Below, in pieces: positions 9,922 to 18,143 of a DNA stretch of 62,483 bases. The stretch covers positions 1 through 62,483 of IMG/VR virus record IMGVR_UViG_3300036851_000016; one strand, 5' to 3'. The notes beneath the pieces are model-generated. The model had not been told where the DNA came from. It was given only the letters and a program-made list of their open reading frames with translations, and did not search any database. The position numbers and the translations under genes are program-made. The first letter of the stretch is position 1. Every line of letters begins with the position of its first letter. The DNA comes from a virus. Taxonomy: Duplodnaviria > Caudoviricetes.

Positions 9922-10090
9922 GATTATTTCTCCTTGGTGATGATGATTCTAGACCAGTCATACTTAATGTCACCCATCTGAATTTGAACAATAGTCATGA
10001 CTATATCAGTGTATGATTGAACAATAATCTCGAATGGTGCTTCAAGAGATTGTTCATCAGGTAGGTCTTTGAACAGTTGAATCTTGAACA

Positions 10091-10327
10091 TTAGCGTTTC
10101 CTTTTCATGAAGAAATCAGGAGTATTCTGATTCTTTGAAATAGAAATTGGACCAAAATAAATTTCGCAATCTACATCATGTAGATGCATATCCATTATTT
10201 CGGCCTTAAACATTTCCGGACTCTCACACTTGATTCTATATACATGACGTGATAGTCCTGCATCACCCTCTACAGCACCTACCATAGAAGTTAGAATCCA
10301 AGCAGTTCCAATGTAGTATTGTTTCAC
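10091..10327 (-). CDS. Conserved hypothetical protein
   Basis: Near-identical core in B (54485..54865). Confidence 0.75.
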   Translation of the reverse strand: MKQYYIGTAWILTSMVGAVEGDAGLSRHVYRIKCESPEMFKAEIMDMHLHDVDCEIYFGPISISKNQNTPDFFMKRKR

Positions 10328-10482
10328 TAGTCATCTCCCTCTTGTGCGAGCATGGGGTCATAGGACCGTTTACAGAGTGGACACTTATCGTCCTTCCAAT
10401 TTTTTGCGGGGGATTCTTCCTCGCAAAATTGACACTTGTATGTCAATACTTCCTTCGGTTTCTTAGTTGACTGCTTACTCAT
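10327..10482 (-). CDS. Small zinc-ribbon protein
   Basis: CQFC and CPLC; GGAG RBS before ATG 10482. Confidence 0.55.
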   Translation of the reverse strand: MSKQSTKKPKEVLTYKCQFCEEESPAKNWKDDKCPLCKRSYDPMLAQEGDD

Positions 10483-10483
10483 A

Positions 10484-10756
10484 TTAGCTCCATACACAAT
10501 CCATGCAGATGAATGTGGCTGCATTACCCACAAATCCAGTAAGTTTATCCTTACCACATTTAGTGCATTTCATTAACTTCTTATTGTCGGGGTCGTATCC
10601 CCTTCTATTTCTAATATCATTCATGAAGGAATCTTTCCTTACATTTTCAGTATTGCCATATCTATCTCTAGGTGGCATATCCCAACTACCTTCATAGAAT
10701 GGCCTTCTATTCTGAGCTTCCTGTTGTCGGCGCTGCCTAAACATTTCTTCAAACAT
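10484..10756 (-). CDS. Hypothetical zinc-ribbon protein
   Basis: CTKC and CMDC; operon context. Confidence 0.5.
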   Translation of the reverse strand: MFEEMFRQRRQQEAQNRRPFYEGSWDMPPRDRYGNTENVRKDSFMNDIRNRRGYDPDNKKLMKCTKCGKDKLTGFVGNAATFICMDCVWS

Positions 10757-11041
10757 TTCATCAGTAAAGATAGGATTTCCTGCACCCGATGGAGGTTTAG
10801 ACTTAAATTCTGGTTCAGGACTTCTACGAACATCATTCCATGTTCTTGCTTGATTGTGGAAATCCTGTTGTTTCTGAGTAGGTCTAAATCCTTCCCATGT
10901 TCCAGGTTGAGAACGGACTAAGTTTTTTATTTCTCAATCCTAAATCATGATGGATGTATCGTTCGCCTGATTCAGTATGTAGCCATAGCTCATACCAACC
11001 ATTACATCTTGAACATTTGTGTTCAGTGATATGGAAACTCA

Positions 11042-11425
11042 TTAGTTACCTTCTAGTATCTTACGTTCATTATCGAGGTTACGATTTAATGCATCATATT
11101 CAGTAAATCTATTAGGAAATCGAGCGCGAAGTTTCTCGATATTCCTATCTTGTGCTTCATCAGCAGTATAGTTACATGCAGTTTCAAGTAGTGAAAGATA
11201 CCATCTAAGGTCGCCATCTTCTTCTATGATGTTAGTGAAATCCAACGGCTTACCATAGATGAGATGCTTCTTCAGTTGGTCCATTAGTTCACCACATTCA
11301 GTAGTAATCCCCATCAATGCATGGAGAATGATTAGTGTCTGTCTATTGTCCAGCCTATTAGAGATTGGAACATAGGTTGGAACGTCAGTAGTCTTACACT
11401 GTTCTCTGTATTCCTCATTTGTCAT
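11042..11425 (-). CDS. MazG-like nucleoside triphosphate pyrophosphohydrolase
   Basis: ECGELMDQLKK, EEDGDLRWY, NIEKLRARFP. Confidence 0.85.
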   Translation of the reverse strand: MTNEEYREQCKTTDVPTYVPISNRLDNRQTLIILHALMGITTECGELMDQLKKHLIYGKPLDFTNIIEEDGDLRWYLSLLETACNYTADEAQDRNIEKLRARFPNRFTEYDALNRNLDNERKILEGN

Positions 11426-11688
11426 ATTGAATACTCCCAAGGAAATGGTTTCCATTCTGGTGGTCTTGGTGTTTTACAGTAGAAACATTGTTTCACCCTG
11501 CCATGCCACTTTAATCCTTTAGTCCACTTACCATTACAAGTGCATATCCAGGATGGACAGTTATCGAATAGTGCTACTCTACGATGGTCCTCATAAGGAG
11601 TCAGTCCAAAGGGTGGCTTATAGACTAATACCTTCTTTTCCTCTACTATTGGTTCATATTCAATAGTGGGAGGACCAATTAGAGGCAA
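11422..11688 (-). CDS. Hypothetical zinc-ribbon protein
   Basis: W.CTC and CFYC..PRP; distant homolog 55521..55802. Confidence 0.6.
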   Translation of the reverse strand: MPLIGPPTIEYEPIVEEKKVLVYKPPFGLTPYEDHRRVALFDNCPSWICTCNGKWTKGLKWHGRVKQCFYCKTPRPPEWKPFPWEYSI

Positions 11689-11919
11689 CTATTCATTCCT
11701 CGCAATCGCTGCATTAGCCCACATCACACAATCTTCCAACTGTGTGAATGCTACTGACTGTTCACGCGAAGCAGGAGTTTCTTCGTTGATAAGTATTGCT
11801 AATTCCCTAGCCTTATCACGAATACGCTCATATCTTTTCGCTTGGTCATTCTTGGGAGCGTGATATGTGAAATTGTTAGCAATTCGCGCTGCATTCTGTC
11901 CATTCTCATACATTGTCAT
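11689..11919 (-). CDS. Acb2/Tad1-like helical hairpin protein (candidate cyclic-nucleotide sponge)
   Basis: NNFTYHAP, SREQSVAFTQLED.VMWANAAIARN; resembles the Tad1 SRENACALTHVEEALMW helix; homolog 56182..56415. Confidence 0.6.
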   Translation of the reverse strand: MTMYENGQNAARIANNFTYHAPKNDQAKRYERIRDKARELAILINEETPASREQSVAFTQLEDCVMWANAAIARNE

Positions 11920-13210
11920 TGTTCCTACTCCTTTGTTTACCAGCCATGAATTGTTTAAGTTCTGCTACGTGTTCATCAGGCATCTCGTAGAGAATCTGAT
12001 TACCTACTGAACTAGTCTTGATTATTCCAGCAGCGTCAAATCCCTGCATTAAGTTATCAAATTCTTCAGGACTTTCATAATGCATCCACATCTTCTTCAT
12101 TAAGATAGGTCTGGATACGCTATGAGGTTCCCTGTTTAATAGTTCTAGGATAATCATGGTCTTAAGCTGAGCAGATTGACTTATACCCTGCTTACCAAGT
12201 GTAGTCTTACGAACATTACCTAATAGTTTCTCACAATCAGTAATCGCACTACGCATTGCATTCTCAGTTATGACTAGTCTAGGATGCTCAGCCAGTGAAA
12301 GTAACATAGCTACCTTTAATACTGAAGCATCGAATCTATTCATAGTTCCAGTATCATCCTTATTATTCACGTCCTTTTTCATTATAGAAAATTCTTCATA
12401 CCAGTCATCGAATATTAGTCCTACTTCATTGAACCAAATCTCTCTATTACCTTTCTTGCCCTTCTTGATTTTCTTCCAACGATAATCATCTGTTTTCTCA
12501 CTAACTGCGAGGGGCTTAAAAGGTCCACTTAACTTGGCTATTTCTTTCAGATAGTCAGCTACTCCCTTGTAATTGATTTCACTTTCAAGTGGATATATGA
12601 GAGAATTAACCTTATCGGATTCCTTCTCATATACAATGAAAGTTCTGGCGAAGTAACCACCCTGAATAGCAGACTTAGTAAAAAAGTCATCTGACATTGC
12701 TTCATTAGTGGCCGTTAACATTGTGATGGTTGGGTCTTTAAGAGTGAATGTTTCTTGCTTCAACAATGAACGCCATTCACCCTCATTGTAAATTCTATCA
12801 TAAAGGTCAGTGAGAATTTTGGTTGCAACTTTATCCTCTACGATAGATGATGACAATTCAGACGAACAGATAAATGCAACCGATTTGGATTGTATCTTTC
12901 CACCCGGTTGTGTAAATGCTGTTCCTAGTTCTTTCAGGATTCCTTGTATGGAACCCCTACCTGTAATTACACGAGTATTGTTCACCAACGTAACGAGTTT
13001 CTTAGCCATGTTAACTGGTGGACCCTTCTTTAATCCAGAGTCCGCGTGAAACATGGTGTAGATGTTAGGATATAGGTTGAATATTTGTTGATTCAACCAA
13101 ACTTGGTCCTTAACAACTGCTGAAATAGTCGTTATCGCCGACCATTTCCAGAAACTCTCAGGTGATTCTAACTCATGATGCAGGTCAACTATTTGTTGGA
13201 CCCAATTCAT
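11906..13210 (-). CDS. DUF3987-like ATPase/helicase
   Basis: ESPESFW.W, LYPNIY...HA.SGLKKG, LTDLYD, GGYFAR; homolog 56419..57711. Confidence 0.7.
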   Translation of the reverse strand: MNWVQQIVDLHHELESPESFWKWSAITTISAVVKDQVWLNQQIFNLYPNIYTMFHADSGLKKGPPVNMAKKLVTLVNNTRVITGRGSIQGILKELGTAFTQPGGKIQSKSVAFICSSELSSSIVEDKVATKILTDLYDRIYNEGEWRSLLKQETFTLKDPTITMLTATNEAMSDDFFTKSAIQGGYFARTFIVYEKESDKVNSLIYPLESEINYKGVADYLKEIAKLSGPFKPLAVSEKTDDYRWKKIKKGKKGNREIWFNEVGLIFDDWYEEFSIMKKDVNNKDDTGTMNRFDASVLKVAMLLSLAEHPRLVITENAMRSAITDCEKLLGNVRKTTLGKQGISQSAQLKTMIILELLNREPHSVSRPILMKKMWMHYESPEEFDNLMQGFDAAGIIKTSSVGNQILYEMPDEHVAELKQFMAGKQRSRNNDNV

Positions 13211-13409
13211 CCTTAATCCCGTCCATTACAAAGAATTTACTTACATCAGTAATGAGTGGCTTTCCACAAGCCTTACACTTAGCATCAGACTCATCACTGA
13301 CTACAGTTTTCTTGTAATCATTACACTTCTTCCAGTCACAGAATAGTTCTCTTGGCTTTAGATTAAAATGGGATGTCATCGTAGTCAATGTGGTCTGTTT
13401 TAACCTCAT
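13185..13409 (-). CDS. Small zinc-ribbon protein
   Basis: Cys pairs; positional counterpart 57686..57874. Confidence 0.5.
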   Translation of the reverse strand: MRLKQTTLTTMTSHFNLKPRELFCDWKKCNDYKKTVVSDESDAKCKACGKPLITDVSKFFVMDGIKDELGPTNS

Positions 13410-13566
13410 CTATTAATTTGCGGTGTAAGGATGCGATGACTATGTTGAACTTAGTCAGCAACTCAGTGAGTGATTTAGCTTCTATTACATCATGAGATAT
13501 AACATCCCAATCAGAAGCATCACTCTTGTAGTTAAGTGTTAGGATGAATTGTCTTTCTTTAGTCAT
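13363..13566 (-). CDS. Hypothetical protein with SSB-like DDIPF C-terminus
   Basis: Ends DDIPF in both A and B (57852..58076). Confidence 0.7.
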   Translation of the reverse strand: MTKERQFILTLNYKSDASDWDVISHDVIEAKSLTELLTKFNIVIASLHRKLIDEVKTDHIDYDDIPF

Positions 13567-16232
13567 ACTTCAAAGTCCCTGTAAGTTTTCTTGCGTTCCT
13601 CAGCCTCATATACCATTGAATCGAATTTGGTATCTTGAGGTAATGTATCCGCGAGGAATGCTTCAGTTACATTCTTAGGTGGCATCTTTAGTTCTTGCTT
13701 AGGTGCAGCAATGATTGGTAAGTCCTTGAATTTCTTCAAGTCTTTATAATTCTTACCAGTTTCAATGTCGCATGGTATAGCTAATGGAGAACGTGGTAAT
13801 GAACACTTAGAGAAATCAATTGGACGCTCCATTTCTTCCTTGATAATGGGAGTCCATATCAATAACTTAGATATTGGAATGCTGAACAAGAGTGCGTCAT
13901 GAGATTCCATGACAATCTTAATGGTAGGTATTCGTTCCCTAATCCTCAATGCTGCTGCTTTAGTGTTATCAGATACAGCGCGCTGAGGTAAGTAAGAGAA
14001 TCCTTGCCTAAACAGTTCTTCACCATATCGTTCGTAGAATGTTCTCCTACCCCCACATGGAGCATCGATACCATATGGTAATGGTGCGATTAAAGTCCTA
14101 CTTTTCTTCAAGCATTCAATTACTTCTGCCTGAAAGACTCGTTGTATCTTGGGTTGTTTCGCGTGAAATATCTGTAATGCTCGTTCTGCGATTGCCTCTG
14201 TAATGGCAATTGGAATCTTGTATTTACGTGCTTGGGTATTTAACTCAATACTAGCGCGGCGTTTACCAGCGCCCAAATGACCAGCATGACGTAATGTCTT
14301 ACCGGCAAATCGTATTGGATGCTCATATCCCAACACTTTTTTAGAATAATCACGTTCACTACCACCGAAAAACCAAGAAGCAGTCCATGCATGGTAGTCA
14401 ATTTCATCCACCAATCTTAATGCTTCTTCATCATTAGCTAGTTTCCAAACTACTCTAGCTTCAGCCTGACTACTATCTGCTTGGACGAATACTTCTTCTT
14501 CCATTAGATAGTAGTGTTCGTTATTGATTATCTCAATATGGCAATCATCAGGGATATACATACCACGTATATCAGCACCAATGTCACCATGTTTGGTCAT
14601 GGTTTGGAAAGCAGTTCCTAAAACTTTATCTTTCTTCTTTCCATTCTCATCTACTACTTCGACAGAGGGTCGTATAGGGGGGTCTTGCTGTCCTGTTGAG
14701 GTTCTACCTGTATCCAAACAAGGGAAATAGGTAGTCCGCATACGTCTATCATAGTCTGGGAGAGCCATAAGATAAGTGCTGATACTTTTCCGCACTCTAC
14801 GGTCTTCCAATATAAGCTCACAGATTCTACGGTGGGATTCTGGTCGCTTCGCCCACACAGTAGTCGAGTTAAGCAAAGCAGTAATATCTTCTTCCCCTGT
14901 AGTATCTTTCTTAGGGAACTTAAGGTTCTCCCAAAGGAGAAGGGCAATTTGCTTTGGTGAATTAACATTGATTTCTGTTCCTGTTAGTTGATACAATTCG
15001 TATCTACATTTCTCATCCCATTCAATGTATTTACGAATTAGTTTATCGCGTTCTTCATCATCTACCTTGAAACCTTGACGCTCTATATCCCAATAGAGGT
15101 TAGGTAACTTCATGAGGAAGTTTTCAAAGAATTCTCGTTGACCCAATTCGTCAACGTCAGAATCCATATTCTCATCTACCTCAAATGTTACACAAGCGTC
15201 TCGTCCACATCCGTTGAGTAAATCTTGTATGCTTCCATGATACATACCTTCATCTTTATAGAACGGTTCTTCTGTGAAGATAGATGTATTGAAGCCCAAG
15301 TTTTTAGGAAGCTCCGGATTGATTGCGTGAGCCTTGAGCATAATATCCGAGACGAGCTTACGGATAATAAACCCAAGTCTCTTGAGCTTATCTCTATCGT
15401 AATTAAAATTCTGCCCGATGATGAGCTTTTCATATAGAATCTCCGCGAGGATAATCCAAACTTGAACTAGGTCTGCATCTGGAATTGTAGATATACCGTC
15501 CACATTCCAGAGTGGAACTACCATCGCATGATTTCTACTAAGCGCGAGTCCCACGCACACTGGTATACAAGTTCCATTGGCTTCAATATCGACAGCCATA
15601 CGTAACTTATCTTTATACCTAGCACGGAACTCAGCGAGATGCCATGAACCTTTACAAATTTCAATTGTGCGTTGTGGTAGAAGTAATTCAGGAAAGCGAG
15701 ATTGTATTGCAGCACGCTTGAAATCGAATATCATTACCTGTCGATTCCAATATCCCTTAATCTCTCCACCAGAAGATTGGTGTAACAGGTGAGCAGGATG
15801 GTATGATGGAACAAACTTAGTTCCCATACCATGCATGATGGAACCGCGATATGAGCCTATCTTAGTCTTACCAGATAATGCCCATAACGCCGTGCCACCT
15901 AATGCTAGAATACAATTAGGTTTAATTCCATTTATTTCTTCTTGTAATTCGCGAAGCTGCGCCTCTATATCAATGCCATGATTCTTAGCTCTAACCGCGA
16001 AAGGAATCTTTTTACCTGGTAAATTGGGAGGCACTTCATACTTACAGACGTTAGTTATCCAACAGTTCTGACGCCTAATTTCGGAGTCATATAATAGTCT
16101 ATCTAGTTCTTTCCCAGATGGTCCTACGAACGGCTTACCAGCAGCAGTTTCTTGATATGATGGCGCCTCACCAAGTATCATTAACTTGGCACCCATAGGA
16201 CCATGACCGGGGACGTAAACGTGTTCACTCAT
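13563..16232 (-). CDS. polA: Family A DNA polymerase with N-terminal uracil-DNA glycosylase-like domain and 3'-5' exonuclease
   Basis: GEAP, PFVGPSG, SYHPA (UDG family 4-like); DIE and NFNYD exo motifs; DSSQAEAR motif A; HD motif C. Confidence 0.92.
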   Translation of the reverse strand: MSEHVYVPGHGPMGAKLMILGEAPSYQETAAGKPFVGPSGKELDRLLYDSEIRRQNCWITNVCKYEVPPNLPGKKIPFAVRAKNHGIDIEAQLRELQEEINGIKPNCILALGGTALWALSGKTKIGSYRGSIMHGMGTKFVPSYHPAHLLHQSSGGEIKGYWNRQVMIFDFKRAAIQSRFPELLLPQRTIEICKGSWHLAEFRARYKDKLRMAVDIEANGTCIPVCVGLALSRNHAMVVPLWNVDGISTIPDADLVQVWIILAEILYEKLIIGQNFNYDRDKLKRLGFIIRKLVSDIMLKAHAINPELPKNLGFNTSIFTEEPFYKDEGMYHGSIQDLLNGCGRDACVTFEVDENMDSDVDELGQREFFENFLMKLPNLYWDIERQGFKVDDEERDKLIRKYIEWDEKCRYELYQLTGTEINVNSPKQIALLLWENLKFPKKDTTGEEDITALLNSTTVWAKRPESHRRICELILEDRRVRKSISTYLMALPDYDRRMRTTYFPCLDTGRTSTGQQDPPIRPSVEVVDENGKKKDKVLGTAFQTMTKHGDIGADIRGMYIPDDCHIEIINNEHYYLMEEEVFVQADSSQAEARVVWKLANDEEALRLVDEIDYHAWTASWFFGGSERDYSKKVLGYEHPIRFAGKTLRHAGHLGAGKRRASIELNTQARKYKIPIAITEAIAERALQIFHAKQPKIQRVFQAEVIECLKKSRTLIAPLPYGIDAPCGGRRTFYERYGEELFRQGFSYLPQRAVSDNTKAAALRIRERIPTIKIVMESHDALLFSIPISKLLIWTPIIKEEMERPIDFSKCSLPRSPLAIPCDIETGKNYKDLKKFKDLPIIAAPKQELKMPPKNVTEAFLADTLPQDTKFDSMVYEAEERKKTYRDFEV

Positions 16233-16423
16233 AACTTGTCGTAAATCTTCTCTAGTATTTCACATTGTCTGTCACTCAAATTACCGCGTGACACATATTG
16301 TGATTTGATTGATTCGACAAAGTTATGTTCCCATTCAGTTAGCAAATCTTCCTTTGCATTTTCACATTCATCAATCATTCTTTCAATGATTGGTTTTCTT
16401 AGTGTTGGGTCAGTTGGTATCAT
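16229..16423 (-). CDS. Hypothetical protein
   Basis: LTEWEHNFVESI...LSDRQ...LEKIY; fused to the HTH gene in B. Confidence 0.7.
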   Translation of the reverse strand: MIPTDPTLRKPIIERMIDECENAKEDLLTEWEHNFVESIKSQYVSRGNLSDRQCEILEKIYDKL

Positions 16424-16593
16424 TTGCTTTTACACTCTCCACAAACAACAGTTCGATGCAATAATCCGGGTGTAGCTATTGCATCTCGCCATTCTTTACC
16501 ACATTTAGGACAAGTGTGCCAAGTTTCATTCTCAAATCTCAGCACTGTTAATGGAATAGTAACATCATCTTCCTTGGCGAACTTCCTTGCCAT
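16420..16593 (-). CDS. Zinc-ribbon protein (57 aa, not in ORF track)
   Basis: MARKF...CPKC...HRTVVCGEC; homolog 60742..60957; GGAG RBS. Confidence 0.7.
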   Translation of the reverse strand: MARKFAKEDDVTIPLTVLRFENETWHTCPKCGKEWRDAIATPGLLHRTVVCGECKSK

Positions 16594-16696
16594 CCTTAAC
16601 TCTCCTTATCCAATTCCAAATCTGCCAGCATTTCCAGCATTGTGTAGTTGGAGGATGAGTAGCGTCATAGTCAGGATGTGATTTACATTTATTCAT
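16565..16696 (-). CDS. Small Cys/His/Trp protein (43 aa, not in ORF track)
   Basis: MNKCKSHPDY...PP...CWKCWQIW; ATGA coupling with upstream gene. Confidence 0.5.
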   Translation of the reverse strand: MNKCKSHPDYDATHPPTTQCWKCWQIWNWIRRVKDGKEVRQGR

Positions 16697-16944
16697 TTGT
16701 AACCATTCAGTTTCTTAATAGCGTCCTGTCTGGTTTCACATTCAAGCATCTTAGGATTGATATGTATTGCGAGGGCTAATCGCAAATTTTCAGACACCAA
16801 TCCTATGCTAACACCAAAACTTTCTGCTGTTCTAGTGATAGTCCAGTTCTTAGACCTAGTGGACATGGCAAGGTGATAGATTTCCATAACCATCACCTTA
16901 CCGTGCCATGTAGTCTCAGAGTTATATCGTTCTACGAATGTCAT
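16693..16944 (-). CDS. Helix-turn-helix protein (ParB-associated HTH-like)
   Basis: WTITRTAESFGVSIGLVSENLRLA; homolog 60926..61378. Confidence 0.7.
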   Translation of the reverse strand: MTFVERYNSETTWHGKVMVMEIYHLAMSTRSKNWTITRTAESFGVSIGLVSENLRLALAIHINPKMLECETRQDAIKKLNGYK

Positions 16945-17279
16945 CCCGCATTGAACCCATCAGCGGGATTATTCTTAGGGTCAAGAACTCTAATCTTAAT
17001 GGCTCTCCACCCCTTATTCTCAAGTTCAATGGGAGTAAATTCTACTTTCATCCCATTCTTTAACTGTGGGAATCTGAGAGTGTCTTGCCTAAGAGACGAC
17101 CAATGGAAAAAGATACGAGTGAACTTAATATCCTTAGAGGATATAAATCCCCACCCCGCATCAGAAACTTTGATGATTTTGCCTACTACCCTCTTATCCT
17201 CAGGCTTAATAGGCGTAGTGTCTACTTCAGTTGGTGCCGCTTCTTTGTCGAAGAATTTCTCAAATGGATTGTTCATCAT
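16941..17279 (-). CDS. Cold-shock domain (OB-fold) protein
   Basis: GWGFI and IFFHWS (RNP1/RNP2-like); start moved to ATG 17279 by RBS and B homolog. Confidence 0.85.
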   Translation of the reverse strand: MMNNPFEKFFDKEAAPTEVDTTPIKPEDKRVVGKIIKVSDAGWGFISSKDIKFTRIFFHWSSLRQDTLRFPQLKNGMKVEFTPIELENKGWRAIKIRVLDPKNNPADGFNAG

Positions 17280-17301
17280 TCTGTCCTCTATTGAACGCGA
17301 A

Positions 17302-17494
17302 GTTAATGTTATTGGAGTGTCTGCCAAGCACTCATTTAGTAAATGGGCAGTAAATGGCGGGGTGGATACAATTGATACGTCACGAAGATACGTCTGTATC
17401 CACCCCTATCCATTGATAGCCTTTCACTCCCCGCTGGAGTATCTATAGTCATACTATACGTGATGAGCATGACTCCTATTCCAGACCATCAATG
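17302..17494. ncRNA. Candidate structured RNA cluster (pseudoknot plus two stem-loops)
   Basis: Covarying stem shared with B 62111-62142; 12-bp inverted repeat 17359-17370/17395-17406; nested stems 17411-17494. Confidence 0.45.
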
Positions 17495-17507
17495 AATCTA
17501 TTGCTAA

Positions 17508-17675
17508 CTAGATGTCTGCAATTTCTGAGTCAGGTTCCTTATCGGAATCTTCCTCAATCTCAGTGTCCTCACCAATAGTTGAATCAGGCTCTTTCTCTGA
17601 TTCTTCATCAATATGAACGTCCTGAGTCTTTTCCAGTTCGTCCATGTCTACCACTTCATCATTCTGGTCTACCAT
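17508..17675 (-). CDS. Highly acidic 55-aa protein (not in ORF track)
   Basis: AAGGAG RBS; 25 of 55 residues are D/E. Confidence 0.7.
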   Translation of the reverse strand: MVDQNDEVVDMDELEKTQDVHIDEESEKEPDSTIGEDTEIEEDSDKEPDSEIADI

Positions 17676-17716
17676 GATTAGTCTCCTTGTTATTCACCCA
17701 CAATTGGGTGTAATAG

Positions 17717-18133
17717 TTACGCAGCCGCCGTGACTTCAGTTCGTGGAGTGCGATACTTATGGTTCACCCTATTAACTTGGCGACCCTGATAAACATCGTT
17801 CTCCACATACACGTCAATTTCACGACCTTCTGCGCTCTTAAGGTCGAAACGTGTTCCTGCCTTTACTTCTACGCCGAACGCCTGAAGAAATCCAACAGCA
17901 AAACCAATAGCCTTACTGTTGAAATTCCAGTCTACAGGAACACCTGCAAACTGTGTGTCGCCGTTATCACCGTTGAACAGAATAGTAGCTTCAACGGGAT
18001 AGTTTGTGGATGGTCCCTTCTCAGATTGCTTAGCAGGAGCCTCACCCACATTTTCGATTTTGACACGATACCACGCGGGGTCAACAATCTTTCCGCGAAG
18101 CAGGTCACGATTTCCGAAGCTAATTACTGGCAT
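17717..18133 (-). CDS. Single-stranded DNA-binding-like protein (DUF669-like)
   Basis: Follows AAA ATPase; PAWYRVKIE, YQGRQVNRV; typical recombination module position. Confidence 0.6.
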   Translation of the reverse strand: MPVISFGNRDLLRGKIVDPAWYRVKIENVGEAPAKQSEKGPSTNYPVEATILFNGDNGDTQFAGVPVDWNFNSKAIGFAVGFLQAFGVEVKAGTRFDLKSAEGREIDVYVENDVYQGRQVNRVNHKYRTPRTEVTAAA

Positions 18134-18143
18134 GTAGTCTCTC

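Noticed and set aside
9379-16232. Complete hypermodified-base pathway
   Set aside because: Nmad1-like, MazG-like and unusual PolA are suggestive, but no synthase, kinase or transferase was recognised, and restriction-site avoidance argues against it.
17400-17435. GGGGAGTGAAAGGCTATCAA (minus strand) resembles 23S rRNA snippets
   Set aside because: Too short; no extended rRNA similarity.
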